Below, piece by piece: positions 8,077-21,500 of a stretch of 64,000 nt of DNA. Made by a program: the position numbers and the translations under genes. Source of the stretch: an uncultured virus (IMG/VR IMGVR_UViG_3300032300_000143). Lineage: Duplodnaviria > Heunggongvirae > Uroviricota > Caudoviricetes. Under the pieces are notes generated by a model. It was not told the DNA's origin. It saw nothing but the letters and a program-made list of their open reading frames with translations, and searched no databases. Numbering within the stretch: the first letter of the stretch is position 1; the number at the start of each line of letters is the position of its first letter. The stretch lies in the IMG/VR virus record IMGVR_UViG_3300032300_000143. One strand, written 5' to 3'.

Positions 8077-9978
8077 ATGGCACTACCTAATATCTTAGAA
8101 CAATTTGTCACCTATAATTGTTTGTTTACTTTTTCCTGCGCTAGTCCAGCACAGCTAAATTCTCAATCTTATCGCAGCGGCCCATTGCCAAATGTCATTG
8201 TATCGAGTGCAGGCGGCGATGGCGGCGCAAGAGTACAAACGGCCTATGGTGCTCCTGAATACTATATTGACAATGTTTCCATAACAAATTTTGTAGTGCC
8301 TACTAATGGCACAGGATCGGGACCTTGGTCAAAACTTGAATTTGAACTATTTGAACCTTACAGTATGGGACTGTTTCTTCAGAGCTGTCAGGCAGCCGCG
8401 GTGAATTCTGGATACAAGAGTTATCTTGATAATGCTGCCTATGTGTTGAGACTAGAATTTGTAGGTTGGACCGGCCCCGGATCTAGTATGACTGTAGGCC
8501 CGTTTAATTGGTTGGTAAAACTAATGAATGCAAATTTCACAGTTAATGAAGCTGGTAGTACCTACAAGGTAGAATGCTTCCCTTATAATCATGTGGCACT
8601 ATCTCAACAGATGAACAAAGTTTTTAACGACGTAAAACTTGTAGGCAAAAACAGCAACGAAGTACTGGTAGATCATCCTGAATTCAGTCTGGTAGCTTTT
8701 TTAAATAAGAGAGAAGATCAACTAAAGAAAGATAATAAAAAAACCTATGTGGACAGGTACAATATAGAATTCGTAGGAGACAATCCCTATGGTCGCGGCC
8801 CCGGTAATGATTTAGAGTTTACACCGGAAAGCCAAGGCGGAACTGAAAAACCCAAACGTGCAGGAGACATCTACGACGAATCCAGTGGAAAAATTATTAG
8901 AGGAAAAATGTCTATTAATCCCAAAGAAAAGTCTCTACAATTTAGTCAAGATACCAGTATCACAAATATCATTGATCAAGTTGTTCTCAGCACCAAAGAA
9001 GCTAGAGATCGAGCAACCAAGGAAGATCTAATTGACAGCCAAGGTAGAGTAACTTGGTGGAAAACCAATGTCGATGTAAAACTATTAGAATTTGATCCCA
9101 AACTTAAGGATTTTGCTAAAGATATAACTTTTAGAGTGCAGCCTTATAAAATACATCACAGTGCTTACTTGTCGCCAGAAGCCACAAGTAAAGGAATAGC
9201 CGCCTGTAAAAGTGCCGCACAAAAAGAATACAACTATATATACACAGGCCTAAACACAGATATCATTAAATTCAACATTGAAATAAAAAACATGTTGTTC
9301 ACAGCTATCGATCCCAACAAGGTTGAAGACTCAGGGGGTGTTGCCAATAATTCTACAAATACATCTGTGCCTGGTCCTACTATGACCAGTAAACAGGCTG
9401 ACGGAGCTACAGGTCCCTCAGTGGGAGGAAATGCTGCCTCTGCAAAATTCGATATGGCCACAGGAAATATTCCGTTTAAAGGCGGATCAGGTCAAACCAG
9501 CACCGAACAAAAAATCGCCAATGAATTTTATATGGCCTATCTCAACAGTGTGGGAAATCAAATAAATCTAGATTTAGAAATTTTAGGCGATCCCTATTTC
9601 CTCCCTGAAGTTGGATACAGTAATTTTCACAGTGACAGTGACGATCAAGTTACTGAAAATGGAACCATGAATCACGAAGCCACTGATATTTGGGTGGTAG
9701 TAAATTTTAGAACTCCCGCAGATCCAGATGCCGGAGGAGCAGCTGCCGCTAATCCCGGCGGCTATTATTTTCCTGAAGATCAAAGTCCCAGTCCGTTTAG
9801 TGGATTATTTAAGGTCACAAAAGCAGAAGCCAGATTTAAAGGCAATTTATTCACACAGGTAATAGCAGGTTTTAGAATACCTGCTCAAGATCAAAGCGGC
9901 AGCGGAGATGTGTTCCCAACAAAAACAGATAAACCAGAACCAGATTCTGGCACATACCTAAATAACCCAGGCGAATAA
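8077..9978 (+). CDS. Baseplate hub-like protein (gp27/late control D-like)
   Basis: Lies between gp53-like and gp5-like genes; C-terminal LEILGDPYF and FSGLFKVTKAEARF..FTQ typical of hub proteins. Confidence 0.6.
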   Translation: MALPNILEQFVTYNCLFTFSCASPAQLNSQSYRSGPLPNVIVSSAGGDGGARVQTAYGAPEYYIDNVSITNFVVPTNGTGSGPWSKLEFELFEPYSMGLFLQSCQAAAVNSGYKSYLDNAAYVLRLEFVGWTGPGSSMTVGPFNWLVKLMNANFTVNEAGSTYKVECFPYNHVALSQQMNKVFNDVKLVGKNSNEVLVDHPEFSLVAFLNKREDQLKKDNKKTYVDRYNIEFVGDNPYGRGPGNDLEFTPESQGGTEKPKRAGDIYDESSGKIIRGKMSINPKEKSLQFSQDTSITNIIDQVVLSTKEARDRATKEDLIDSQGRVTWWKTNVDVKLLEFDPKLKDFAKDITFRVQPYKIHHSAYLSPEATSKGIAACKSAAQKEYNYIYTGLNTDIIKFNIEIKNMLFTAIDPNKVEDSGGVANNSTNTSVPGPTMTSKQADGATGPSVGGNAASAKFDMATGNIPFKGGSGQTSTEQKIANEFYMAYLNSVGNQINLDLEILGDPYFLPEVGYSNFHSDSDDQVTENGTMNHEATDIWVVVNFRTPADPDAGGAAAANPGGYYFPEDQSPSPFSGLFKVTKAEARFKGNLFTQVIAGFRIPAQDQSGSGDVFPTKTDKPEPDSGTYLNNPGE

Positions 9979-9979
9979 T

Positions 9980-11632
9980 ATGATTGAAAAAAGAGAAGAC
10001 CAACGGGAAAATTCACAAGGTAGTCTCACCGGCGCTCCTTATTTGGCTAAAATTATAGGCCATGCAGATCTGTTGTTTCAAGGCGGTCTTGAAGTTGTGC
10101 TTATTAGAGATTCTGGAAATCAGGTGGGTAATGAAAGTCAAACCTATTTTGTAAAATACGCCAGTCCTTTCTATGGATGTACACCTTTTGAGTTTACTGG
10201 ACAAAATGTCACAGCTGATGATTCTCAAATGAGCTATGGATTCTGGGGCGTGCCTCCTGACACTGGCGTAACTGGCATTGTGCTGTTTATAGACGGAAAA
10301 CCAGATCAGGGATATTGGGTGGCAAATGTCCAAGATAAATTTCAAAATCACATGGTACCTGCTATCGGTGGAACCACAGTATACGAAACAGATGAAGACT
10401 ACCAGCAGGAAGAACATCCGCTGCCAGTAGTCGAACATAATAGAAAAGCCAACGAAGGCGACAAGAATTTAGAAATTGATAAAATACCTAGAGCTGTACA
10501 TCCTATTGCTAGACGATTTAAAATTCAGGGATTAACCAGGGATGAAGTAAGAGGAACCAGCACTTCTACGTCAAGACGAGATGTGCCAAACATGGTGTTC
10601 GGGATGAGCAGTCCTGGACCTGTAGATAGAAACGGCAAGAAAAAGTTTTTGGGAAATAGAGAAAGTCCTACTCCGACTCCAGTCCCAGTTCAAAGACTTG
10701 GCGGAACACATTTTGTCATGGATGACGGTGATGACAGATACTACAGAGAAACTAAACCCACTGACGGAGCCCCAACCTATGTAAAAAATCCCGAAGGACT
10801 GAAAGATATTCCCTACAACGAACATTTTAGAATTAGAACTAGAACAGGACACCAGTTGTTATTTCATAATTCTGAAGATTTGATTTATATCGGAAACAGT
10901 AGAGGCACAGCTTGGATTGAATTTACCAGCGACGGTAAAATTGATATCTATGCCGAGGACAGTATTAATATCAGAACCAAACAAGATTTTAATTTTGTTG
11001 CTGACAGGGATATTAATATAGAAGCAGGACGTAATTTTAATCTCAAAGTAAACGGAGAAATGCACACTCACGTTCTTAAAGATCATATTTTAATTGTAGA
11101 TGAAAATGAAAAAATTCATATTAAAAAAGACGTTGATATAACCTATGATAAGACTTTTCAGCATAAAATTAAAGAGGACGTGAACATCCAGTTTGATTCA
11201 AAGTATCTTCATAAAGTGGGCAGCGATTATGACTTCAATGCAGGCGGACACATTTATATGACCAGTGGAAGCAGTAATGAGACAAATGCCGGTGGCGGTA
11301 TCATAGAAACTGCTCCAGTAATACATATGAATGGTCCAGGTGCAGCCATAGCCGCAATGGCTTCCGAAGCTGAATTACCAAAAATATTAAAAACACACAG
11401 CCTTCCTGATCTTCCATCGCCCAACGAAGATGATGTAGACAAAACAGTCATAGTAAGAAGAATGCCCACAGCTGAACCGTATCCCTTCCACGAAAATTTA
11501 GACGCTACAAAAGTCAAACCAGATCTAACAGATCGAGACGTTGACGGCCGTTACGAAGGCGAAAGTACCAGTATGCGAACACCACCCGGTGATTGGCGCA
11601 AATACAAAAAACCAAGCGATACTCCTTTCTAA
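9980..11632 (+). CDS. Baseplate central spike (gp5/VgrG-like), no lysozyme domain evident
   Basis: OB-fold-type SYGFWGVPPDTG..IVLF, RTRTGHQLLF, and beta-helix-like 8-residue periodic repeats in the C-terminal half. Confidence 0.75.
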   Translation: MIEKREDQRENSQGSLTGAPYLAKIIGHADLLFQGGLEVVLIRDSGNQVGNESQTYFVKYASPFYGCTPFEFTGQNVTADDSQMSYGFWGVPPDTGVTGIVLFIDGKPDQGYWVANVQDKFQNHMVPAIGGTTVYETDEDYQQEEHPLPVVEHNRKANEGDKNLEIDKIPRAVHPIARRFKIQGLTRDEVRGTSTSTSRRDVPNMVFGMSSPGPVDRNGKKKFLGNRESPTPTPVPVQRLGGTHFVMDDGDDRYYRETKPTDGAPTYVKNPEGLKDIPYNEHFRIRTRTGHQLLFHNSEDLIYIGNSRGTAWIEFTSDGKIDIYAEDSINIRTKQDFNFVADRDINIEAGRNFNLKVNGEMHTHVLKDHILIVDENEKIHIKKDVDITYDKTFQHKIKEDVNIQFDSKYLHKVGSDYDFNAGGHIYMTSGSSNETNAGGGIIETAPVIHMNGPGAAIAAMASEAELPKILKTHSLPDLPSPNEDDVDKTVIVRRMPTAEPYPFHENLDATKVKPDLTDRDVDGRYEGESTSMRTPPGDWRKYKKPSDTPF

Positions 11633-11643
11633 GGAAATAAATT

Positions 11644-12078
11644 ATGGCAAAAATATACACCAACAAAGTTATTGCAAAAAACAAAGCTAGTATAGGAAAC
11701 GCCAATGCCGGCAACTTTCGATACAGAGGATTTAGCTCTAAAGAATTCAAACGAAACTACAAGTTATATGATGCGGAATTGATCAAACAAGATCTCATCA
11801 ATCATTTCTATATTAGAAAGGGTGAAAAACTAGAAAATCCTAAATTTGGAACAATTATCTGGGATACACTTTTTGAAAATTTTACCCCAGAAATAAAAGC
11901 AGCAATTGCCAAAGATGTTGAAGAAATTATTAATTTTGACAAACGTGTAAAAGTAAATTCTGTGTCTATAGATAGCACACAACAAGGTATACGTATAGAA
12001 GCAGAAATAGTGATACTACCATTTGATATCACCGATACATTAAGTATAACTTTTGATAGAGATAACTCGATAACATAA
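11644..12078 (+). CDS. gp25: Baseplate wedge subunit gp25-like
   Basis: LIKQDLINHFYIRKGEKLENPKFGTIIWDTLFE...DKRV is the GPW/gp25 pattern. Confidence 0.9.
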   Translation: MAKIYTNKVIAKNKASIGNANAGNFRYRGFSSKEFKRNYKLYDAELIKQDLINHFYIRKGEKLENPKFGTIIWDTLFENFTPEIKAAIAKDVEEIINFDKRVKVNSVSIDSTQQGIRIEAEIVILPFDITDTLSITFDRDNSIT

Positions 12079-12098
12079 AATGCGCATTTTATTTTTAC

Positions 12099-12106
12099 AA
12101 TAAATA
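12099..12106 (+). promoter_or_regulatory. Late promoter (AATAAATA)
   Basis: 18 nt upstream of the gp6-like ATG. Confidence 0.6.
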
Positions 12107-12124
12107 TCAGTATAGGGAAAGAAA

Positions 12125-15100
12125 ATGACAACTACGTCTCGACAGAATAATTTAATTTTAAACCAGGACTGGAAAAGAATTTATCAGACCTTTAAAAATG
12201 CTGACTTTAAAAGCTATGATTTTGAAAATCTGCGTAGAGTTATTATTACCTATCTTCGTGAAAATTACCCAGAAGATTTCAACGATTACATCGAAAGTTC
12301 GGAATATCTAGCACTGATAGATGCAGTAGCATTTTTAGGACAAAGTCTAGCCTTCCGTACAGATCTAGCCAGTAGAGAAAACTTTTTAGAACTAGCTGAG
12401 ACTAAAGAATCTGTGCTGAGACTATCACGCCTGATCTCTTATAACAGCAGAAGAAATATTCCTGCACAAGGATTAATTAAATTTGACACAGTGTCTACCA
12501 CAGAAGGTGTACTAGACAGCAATAACAAGAATCTTGCCAGTCAAACAATTATCTGGAATGATCCCACTAATTCGAATTGGCTAGAGCAATTTATTCTAGT
12601 TATGAATTCTGCAATGGCAGACAACACCGAATTTGGTCGTAGCCAAGGTACAGATACAATTCAAGGCATTGATTCACAGCAGTATAGATTTAGATCTAAT
12701 TTTACGGATGTGCCAATTTTTAACTTTGAAAAAATAGTAGCCAGTAGAAAGATGCCGTTTGAACTGGTAAGTACCAGCTTTATCGGCGCAGAAGATTATT
12801 ATGAAGAACCTCCTATTCCGGGCAGTCAGTTAGGATTTATCTATAGACAAGACGGCAAAGGCAGTGCTAGTGCTAACACTGGATTCTTTATGCTGTTGAA
12901 ACAGGGCAGTCTAGAATTAACTGATTTCAGCGTTGATGTTCCTACCACCAATGAAGTGGTGTCTGTTGACATTACAGGAATAAATGATTCTGACGTTTGG
13001 TTGTTTGCCACAAATTCAGACGGCACACAGGCATCTGAATGGACCAAAGTCAGCAGCATCACAGGCAGCAATATTGCCTATAACAGTATCAATTCAAACA
13101 TAAGAAACATCTATAGTGTGATTACCAAAGAAGATGACAAAATTGATTTGGTGTTTGCAGATGGTACTTACGGCAACTTGCCCCAAGGAGCTTTCAAGGC
13201 ATACTATAGAGTCAGCAACGGTCTAAGCTACACAGTTAGTCCTGCTGAAATGCGAGCAATTAATATCTCTGTGCCTTATATAAACAAAGCAGGCGTAAGA
13301 CACGATTTATTGATCAGTTGCAGTTTGAAATATACCATTAGCACAGCAACAGCTTCAGAAGACATCGACAGCATTAAAGCTCGTGCTCCTGCAATTTACT
13401 ATACACAGAATCGAATGATTACCGGAGAAGATTATAATCTAGCCCCGTTGTCTAGCAGTCAAGATATTTTAAAAGTCAAAGCCATTAACCGAACCAGCAG
13501 TGGCATCAGTAGAAATTTTGATGTAATTGATGCTAGCGGAAAATATTCAAGTGTAAATGTTTTTGCCGATGACGGTGTGATATACAAAGAACAAACAGAA
13601 AGAACAGAATCTTTCAAGTATACCAACAGAATCGATATTATAAATTACATTAAAAACAACATAGAACCCTTATTAACCAACACAGATGTTTATAATTTTT
13701 ATCTAACAAATTTTACAAAAATACAATTTACAGATGCAAATACACTTTGGACACAAACCACCAATGATGTAAATTCATCCACTGGCTATTTTGTCAACAA
13801 CATAGATCAGTCATTGTTCAAGGTTGGTACATATACCACAAACTCCTTGAAATATGTGTTTGCCGGAGCACTGATTAAATTTGAACCTCCAGCTGGCAAG
13901 GCTTTTAAAAAGGGTACAATTGTTAACGTCAGTGCAACAGATGTAGAACAGACAGATAGGATTTGGACCAAAGTTGTTAAAATCACAGGCGATGGCACCA
14001 ATGCCGGCCGAGGAGCACTTGCCAATGGACTTGGTCCTATAGTGTTTAATGATGTTGTACCTACAGGAGCAATAGCAACACGCATTGTTCCTAGATTCAT
14101 CAACAATCTGCCAATTGCGCTGGAAAATGAAATGACCAATCTCATCAGTTTAAATGTGAATTTTGGTCTAAGATATGAGTCTATAGAAAGTTCTTGGAAA
14201 ATTATTACATCGGCAAATATTGATTTATTAAATGATTTCAGTCTAGGTCGTGCCGGTGACACTACCAACAGCAATCTAGACACTGCTTGGATTGTGGCGT
14301 TTGTTAGACAAGCAGACAGTTATAATGTGAGAATTAGAGGACTAGATTATATTTTTAGAAGTCTAGAACAGAACAGATTTTATTTTGATGTAAATCAAAA
14401 AACTTTTGATAGAAAAACCGGTAAAACAGTCAAAGATAAAGTTAATATTCTTGGTATAAATCCCGATAACGGTTTGATAAATGCTTTGAAAAATGATAAA
14501 ACTTTTGAGGTCAGCGATGTAATCAAATTTGAAGATGGTTATCAAAGTGCTAATGAAATAAAACTATCATTTGCTGACAGCGACGATGATGGCGTTATTG
14601 ATAATCCTGATTCGTTCGAACAGATAGTTGGTCAAGATCTAGATCTAAAATACTTGTTTTTCTATAAAACAACAGATGCTTCTGGATACACAACATATTC
14701 CTATGTTGATAACATCAATGATACTATTCTGATTAGACAAACTGAAAGCAATATTATTATTTCTGATTATGTCAACGGACAATTAATTTATTTTTATGCC
14801 AGTAATGAAAATAGAATAAAGCGTGTTGATTTGAGCACCAACACCTTGATAATTGAATCTGATTACAAAGCAGTGATCGGTCGCGCTGATCTCAAATTTC
14901 AATATATTCACAATGCCAACATTGATCGAAGAATAGATCCCAGTGTAAGTAATATCATGGATATTTTTCTTTTAACAAGAACCTACGATACTGAATTTAG
15001 AAAATATATATCAGGAGCTATCCCTCAACCTGAAATTCCAACTAGTGACGCATTGAGAATAGCATTTGGTAAACAGTTGAATCTAATTAAATCCATCAGC

Positions 15101-15526
15101 GATGAATTAATCTATCACCCTGTAAATTACAAAATTTTATTCGGTAGCACAGCTGATCCTAAACTACAGGCACAATTTAAAGTAGTCAAAAATCCATCTA
15201 AAACAATCAACGACAATGACCTAAAGGTGAGAATAGTCTCGGCTATTAATAGTTTCTTTGATATTAATAATTGGGATTTTGGAGACAGATTTTATCTAGG
15301 TGAATTAATTACATACATTACCAACGAAGTTGCTCCGGATGTTAGTAATCTTGTGATTGTACCTAGACAACCAGACCAAACATTTGGTAGCCTATTTGAA
15401 ATACAAAGTCAACCAGAAGAAATTTTTATTAGCGGCGCCACAGTAGACGATATCGTAATTGTTACAGCAATTACCGCGGTTGAAATACGTGCAGAAGTAG
15501 CAGCTATAGTAAACTCAACACAATAA
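12125..15526 (+). CDS. gp6: Baseplate wedge subunit gp6-like (1133 aa)
   Basis: DFENLR...FNDYIESS, ENFLELAE, FADGTYG, EDIDSIKARAP..YYTQNRMITGEDY; follows gp25. Confidence 0.88.
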   Translation: MTTTSRQNNLILNQDWKRIYQTFKNADFKSYDFENLRRVIITYLRENYPEDFNDYIESSEYLALIDAVAFLGQSLAFRTDLASRENFLELAETKESVLRLSRLISYNSRRNIPAQGLIKFDTVSTTEGVLDSNNKNLASQTIIWNDPTNSNWLEQFILVMNSAMADNTEFGRSQGTDTIQGIDSQQYRFRSNFTDVPIFNFEKIVASRKMPFELVSTSFIGAEDYYEEPPIPGSQLGFIYRQDGKGSASANTGFFMLLKQGSLELTDFSVDVPTTNEVVSVDITGINDSDVWLFATNSDGTQASEWTKVSSITGSNIAYNSINSNIRNIYSVITKEDDKIDLVFADGTYGNLPQGAFKAYYRVSNGLSYTVSPAEMRAINISVPYINKAGVRHDLLISCSLKYTISTATASEDIDSIKARAPAIYYTQNRMITGEDYNLAPLSSSQDILKVKAINRTSSGISRNFDVIDASGKYSSVNVFADDGVIYKEQTERTESFKYTNRIDIINYIKNNIEPLLTNTDVYNFYLTNFTKIQFTDANTLWTQTTNDVNSSTGYFVNNIDQSLFKVGTYTTNSLKYVFAGALIKFEPPAGKAFKKGTIVNVSATDVEQTDRIWTKVVKITGDGTNAGRGALANGLGPIVFNDVVPTGAIATRIVPRFINNLPIALENEMTNLISLNVNFGLRYESIESSWKIITSANIDLLNDFSLGRAGDTTNSNLDTAWIVAFVRQADSYNVRIRGLDYIFRSLEQNRFYFDVNQKTFDRKTGKTVKDKVNILGINPDNGLINALKNDKTFEVSDVIKFEDGYQSANEIKLSFADSDDDGVIDNPDSFEQIVGQDLDLKYLFFYKTTDASGYTTYSYVDNINDTILIRQTESNIIISDYVNGQLIYFYASNENRIKRVDLSTNTLIIESDYKAVIGRADLKFQYIHNANIDRRIDPSVSNIMDIFLLTRTYDTEFRKYISGAIPQPEIPTSDALRIAFGKQLNLIKSISDELIYHPVNYKILFGSTADPKLQAQFKVVKNPSKTINDNDLKVRIVSAINSFFDINNWDFGDRFYLGELITYITNEVAPDVSNLVIVPRQPDQTFGSLFEIQSQPEEIFISGATVDDIVIVTAITAVEIRAEVAAIVNSTQ

Positions 15527-15530
15527 GATT

Positions 15531-18500
15531 ATGGCAAAAGATATTTTCCCTCAAAGTCAGTTACCAATTCGCAGAACTGTAGAACTTCTACCAGAAGTCT
15601 TTCAAACTGAAACCAATGCAAAATTTATGTCTGCAGTTGTTGATCCGTTGGTTCAACCTGGTACATTATCTAAAACAGTTGGCTACGTAGGTCGTAGATA
15701 TGGTAAGACTTATAATGGTTCGGATGTATATCTGGACACAGATGCTACTCTTAGAAGCAGATACCAGTTAGAACCTGGTGTCACAGTCAAAGAAAAAGAC
15801 AAAGTAGAAAATTTTTATGATTATATTGATTTTAAAAATCAATTGAAATTTTTTGGTAACAATCTAGAAAGAGATGATTTAATCACAGATCAGGATCATT
15901 ATTCTTGGACTCCTCCGATTGATTGGGACAAGTTTGTAAATTTTAGAGAATATTATTGGGTACCAGATGGTCCTCCACCTGTCACCGTATTTGGTCAACG
16001 GCAATCTATAATCAGCACATATAGAGTAAGATTAGGAGTAGGGTCATCATGGGTATTCTTTCCAGACGGTCTGTCGTTGAATCCTACTCTCACATTATAT
16101 AGAGGACAAACATATAAGTTTCAAGTTAATGCACCAGGCGAGGGTTTTGTTATTAAAACTGCCTATGATACTGGGTCATTGGTTTACAAACCTTATCTAC
16201 CATACCAACAGGGTCAATTTGCTGTATTCAATAATAAATTATGGAAAGCCAAAACTTTTATCGCTGTGACTGATGGAAGCACCATAGATGAAAATAGTCA
16301 AGATTGGGAATATGTTGAAGCAGCTAGTCAGGGCACCGCATTAGACTATAATACAGGAATTACCGGCCAAGGTGCAACTAATGGCACATTGACTTTTACT
16401 GTACCGTTTGACGCACCCGATGTGTTGTTTTATCAAAGCGCCACAGACATTAATAGATTTGGCAGATTCCTCATTGCGGACATTGAATCAAATACTAAAA
16501 TTGATATCACTAATGAAGTTATTGGTAAAACTACATATGTTAGCAGTAACGGTATTACATTTACTAACGGTATGAAAGTTAGATTTTCTGGGTTAGTAAC
16601 ACCTACAAAATATTCAGCAGACACTTGGATAATAGAAGGTGTTGGAGAATCTATTAAATTAATAAGATTTCAAGATTTGTCTCCTCCGACTCTTAGTACA
16701 TCGAGTTTAGAAGTGTTGTTTGACGACGGCGGATTTGACACAGAGCCTTTTGATGATGCAGCTACATACCCAGAATCAAAAGACTATATTACAATTAACA
16801 GAGCCAGCCAAGATTCAAATCCTTGGAGCAGATACAACAGATGGTTTCACAGATCAGTTCTAGAACAAGCACACAGCTTCAACGATAACGAGTTTGATTT
16901 GGTCGAAACAGCTCGAGCCAAGAGACCTATTATTGAATTTTCTTCAAATCTGCAGTTATTCAATCACGGTAGTCTAGCAAAAACTCCGGTTGATTTTATT
17001 GATACTTTTACTACCGATGTATTTTCAACCATAGAAGGCAGTCTCGGTTATAACATCGACGGCGAAGAATTATTCAATGGTGCTAGATTATTAGTTACAG
17101 CGGATACTGATACATTGGCCAACAATAGAATTTACACAGTAAATTTTATAACTCATAATAATCGCAGACAAATTAATTTAGTAGAAACTACTGATGCAAA
17201 TTCTACTATCGGTGACGGAGTGTTTGTTAGACGAGGTCTTCTAAACAAAGGAATAATGTACCACTTTAACGGTACATCTTGGGTGCCTAGTCAAAAGAAA
17301 ACCGCAGTAAATCAGAGTCCGTTATTTGATGTATTTGACGATAATGGTGTCAGTTACGGAGACATGGATACATATCCTGTTAGCAGTTTCTTAGGAACTA
17401 AACTAGTAAGCTATAAAGTTGGAAACAGTATTGTTGATAACGAATTAGGATTTAGTCTAAGTTATCTTAATATCAATAATGTAGGAGATATTGAATTTAA
17501 TTTTGACTGGGATATAGATTCATTTGATTATCATTCCAGTAAAGAAGTATTTTTTAAAACTATAAGACAGGGGTATTATAAATTTACCAATACAGGAAGT
17601 TATGCTAACGGATGGCTTAAGTCTGATCGAACATATTTACAGCCAGTAATTTACAGCACCACAGTTACTGAATCTTCAACACGCATTGTTAGTGATGGAA
17701 TCAAATGGACAGATGTTCAAGATGATGAAATTTCTAAAATTTTAATCTACATAAATGGAATAAAATATTCTGGAAACTACACTAGAAATCAGAATATTTT
17801 TACGTTTCCTAACAGTCTTAAAATAAATGACATTGTTACCGTTAAGGTTTTTGCAGATGCAGATCCTCATCTAGGATATTATGAGATTCCAGTAGGGCTT
17901 GAAAAAAATCCTTTAAACGGCGAAGTAAAAACATTTACTCTAGGACAGGCTGTTGACCATGTTTCAACAGCAATAGACCTATTTGATCAATTTAGTGGGT
18001 CATATCCGGGATTAAGTAATCTAAGAGATATTACCGGTTATCAAAATCTTTCAAGAAGATTTTTAAAACACTCAGGAATTACACCCACAGCAATAATGTT
18101 AATGTGCGACAAGCACGTAAACATTATTAAATCTATTCAGCACGCAAAAAAATCTTACACAGAATTTAAAAATAATTTTATTAAATTTGCCGAAACTGCC
18201 ACATACAATCTAGATCCTGTTGGATTTGTTGATGAAATATTGGCTATTATGTCTAAAGTTAAAACGCAAAAAGATGCGTTTGCAGATTCTGATATGGTGG
18301 GCAGCGGCGCCTACAATCTCAAAGAATATGTTGTAGAAGACACAGAAATTACAACTTTTGCACTGAATACAAAATTTAACTTAACGCAACTTAGCAGAAC
18401 AGCAGTTTATATCTATATAAACAATATACAGTTGATTCACGGTATTGATTATACATTTAATGATACGTTTGGATTTGTAAGTGTTTCCAAAGCACTAACA

Positions 18501-21500
18501 GAAGGAGATATTATTCAAATAAAAGAATATGTTTCTTCAAGTTTCTGTTTCATTCCGCCAACCCCTTCAAAATTGGGTTTATATAAAACCTACACACCGT
18601 CTTTGTTTTTAGATGATACCTACGTGACTCCTATTAATGTCATCCAAGGTCACGATGGCAGTATCACAGTAGCCTACGGTGATTTTAGAGATGATGTATT
18701 ATTAGAATTAGAAAAACGCATCTACAACAACATTAAGCAAGAATATACAGAAGAATTGTTCAGCCAAGATAATATTCTTGGAGGATACTACGGATCATCT
18801 ACATACACTAAACAAGAATTAGACAGCGTGATTAGTTCTGAATTTCTAAGATGGTTTTCTGAAACAAATGTAGATTATTTAACTAACACCTTTTTTGACA
18901 GTGAAGATTCTTTCACCTATACCTATTCAAATATGGGAGACCCAACCGGACAGCTAAATTTACCTGGATGGTGGAGAGGAGTTTATACTTGGTTATACGA
19001 CACTGATAGACCACATCGTTGTCCTTGGGAAATGTTGGGATTCAGCCAACAACCTAGTTGGTGGGAAGACCAATACGGGTCAGCCCCATATACAAGTAAT
19101 AATTTGCTATTGTGGGAAGATCTATCTGGCGGCATAATTCGCCAAGGATCTCGTGCAGGAATTTATGATAGATATAAAAGAGCTACATTACTAAATCATA
19201 TCCCTGTAGACGGAGACGGCAACCTGTTAAGTCCATTTGAATCTGGATCGGCTACTAATTTTGTTTTATACAACAACAAAGGCACATTTAAATTTGGAGA
19301 TCTAGCTCCGGTAGAATACGCTTGGCGTAGTAGCAGCGATTATCCATTTGTTATTATGTTGGCTCTATGTCTAATGAGACCTTATGAATTTATTATTGAA
19401 ACTCTTGATAAATCTAGAATTAAGGTTAACAAAATTGGACAGACGGTTAATAAAAATACAAATTTATTTTTCAAGAATACAGACATTATTATTCCAACAT
19501 CTGGAGGCAATCAAACTTCCGGCCTTGTAAATTATGTTGTAGATTATTTGAGATCAAGGGGACTGACCGAATCAGTACTACAAAAGAAAATAGACAATTT
19601 AGATGTTAATTTGTCTACTAGATTAAGTGGATTTGTAGATCAAAGTCAACAAAAATATATTTTAGACAGTAAGAATCCTAGCGCCAGTACCAGCAATATT
19701 TTTCTTCCTCAAGAAAATTATGACATTAATTTTAATATCAGCTCACCAATTTCTAGCCCAAGTTACAGTGCATTGGTAATTGAAAAATTAGCCAGCGGAT
19801 TTAAACTGTTTGGTTATGACATTAGTGAACCTTACTTTAGATATTTTGAAGCTGTTAAGAGCTCTAATGATCCTTTAATATCAGTTGGCGGCGTAAGTGA
19901 AAATTTTATCGACTGGGAAGCCAACAAGATTTTTGGTAATGGAACAATAATTAGGGTAGCTGATATTTTTTACAGATGTATTAAATCACACACAAGTGGC
20001 ATAGAATTTGACGCACAGTTTTGGCAAAGAATAGCAAAATTACCGTTGGTAGGTGCAGTAGAAGTTTTTAGAAGAAGAACAGTAAACAGCGCCGCAGTAA
20101 AAGAATTACCTTACGGCACAGTATTTGCATCCCTGCAAGACATAGCAGACTTCATTGTTGGCTATGATGCATATCTACAATCTCAGGGATTTGAATTCAC
20201 CGGCTACGACGGAAATCTAGAATCAGCTAAAGATTGGATAACATCAATAAAAGAATTACTATTTTGGTCAAAACACAAATGGGCCGAAAGTTCATTGATT
20301 ACATTAAGTCCTGCAGCTGCAAAAATAGAATTAAACATTAATATTGGAGTTGCTGACAACCTGCTTGATAGCTTTTATGATTATAATATTTTAAAAGTTG
20401 ATGGAACTATTTTGCCTGTAGAATTTATAAATGTCAACAGAGAGTTTAAAAAAATAACAGTGGATGTTGTTAACGACTCCGACGGCATATACTTCTTTAG
20501 ATGTTATTTTGTTTTAAAAGAACATGTAACAATTTTTGATGATCGCACAGTGTTCAATGATGTTATCTATGACAAACCAACCGGCTATCGTCAAGAGCGT
20601 ATCAAGAGTCGCGGATTCCGCACAGTAGACTGGGACGGTGATTATACTAGCCCTGGATTCTTGTTTGACAACGTTAATATACAGATTTGGCAACCTTTTA
20701 CTGATTATAAACTAGGTGACATTGTCAATTACAAATCTTACAATTGGACTAGTCTAGTAAATCAACAAGGATCAGACCAATTCAAAGACAGCAATTGGAC
20801 TAAATTAGATACAACTCCTGCTAAAGGATTGATCAGCAATTTTGATGTTAGAGTCAGCCAGTTTGAAGATTATTACAACGTGGATGCTGACGGTGCAGGT
20901 GCTAGCCAGCGTGAGCTAGCAAGACACCTCATAGGATATCAAACTAGAGAATATTTGCAGAATCTTGCAGAAGATAATGTCACACAATTTAAATTGTATC
21001 AAGGATTTATCAGAGAAAAAGGCACAGCTAACGCTGTGGTCAAAGTTTTTGACAAGCTCAGCAGAATCACTGCCGACAGCATTGTGCTAGATGAAGAATG
21101 GGCATTTAATGTTGGTAGATTGGGAGGTCTAGATCAACTTAATGAAATAGAATTTGAAATTGTTAAAGACAATCTGTTGGTAAATCCACAGGCCATAGTT
21201 GTTACAAATGGACCAATTGATAAAAATTCATTAGACAAATATCTTAGAGTAAATCAAACTAACTTCACTAGATCTCTATTGCCGTACAGCGTTGACATCA
21301 ATCCGTTGACCGAGTATCAAGGAATTACAAGAAATGCCGGATATGTTAAAACAGATCAAATAGAATTATTTGTAAAATCAAGAGAAGAAATACTATCACT
21401 AGATATTTCATCTTTGATTGAAAATTCTCACATATGGGTCACTTTCGATAACGCATCTTGGACAGTGTTGAGATTTAATCTCAACACAGCCCTAACAATT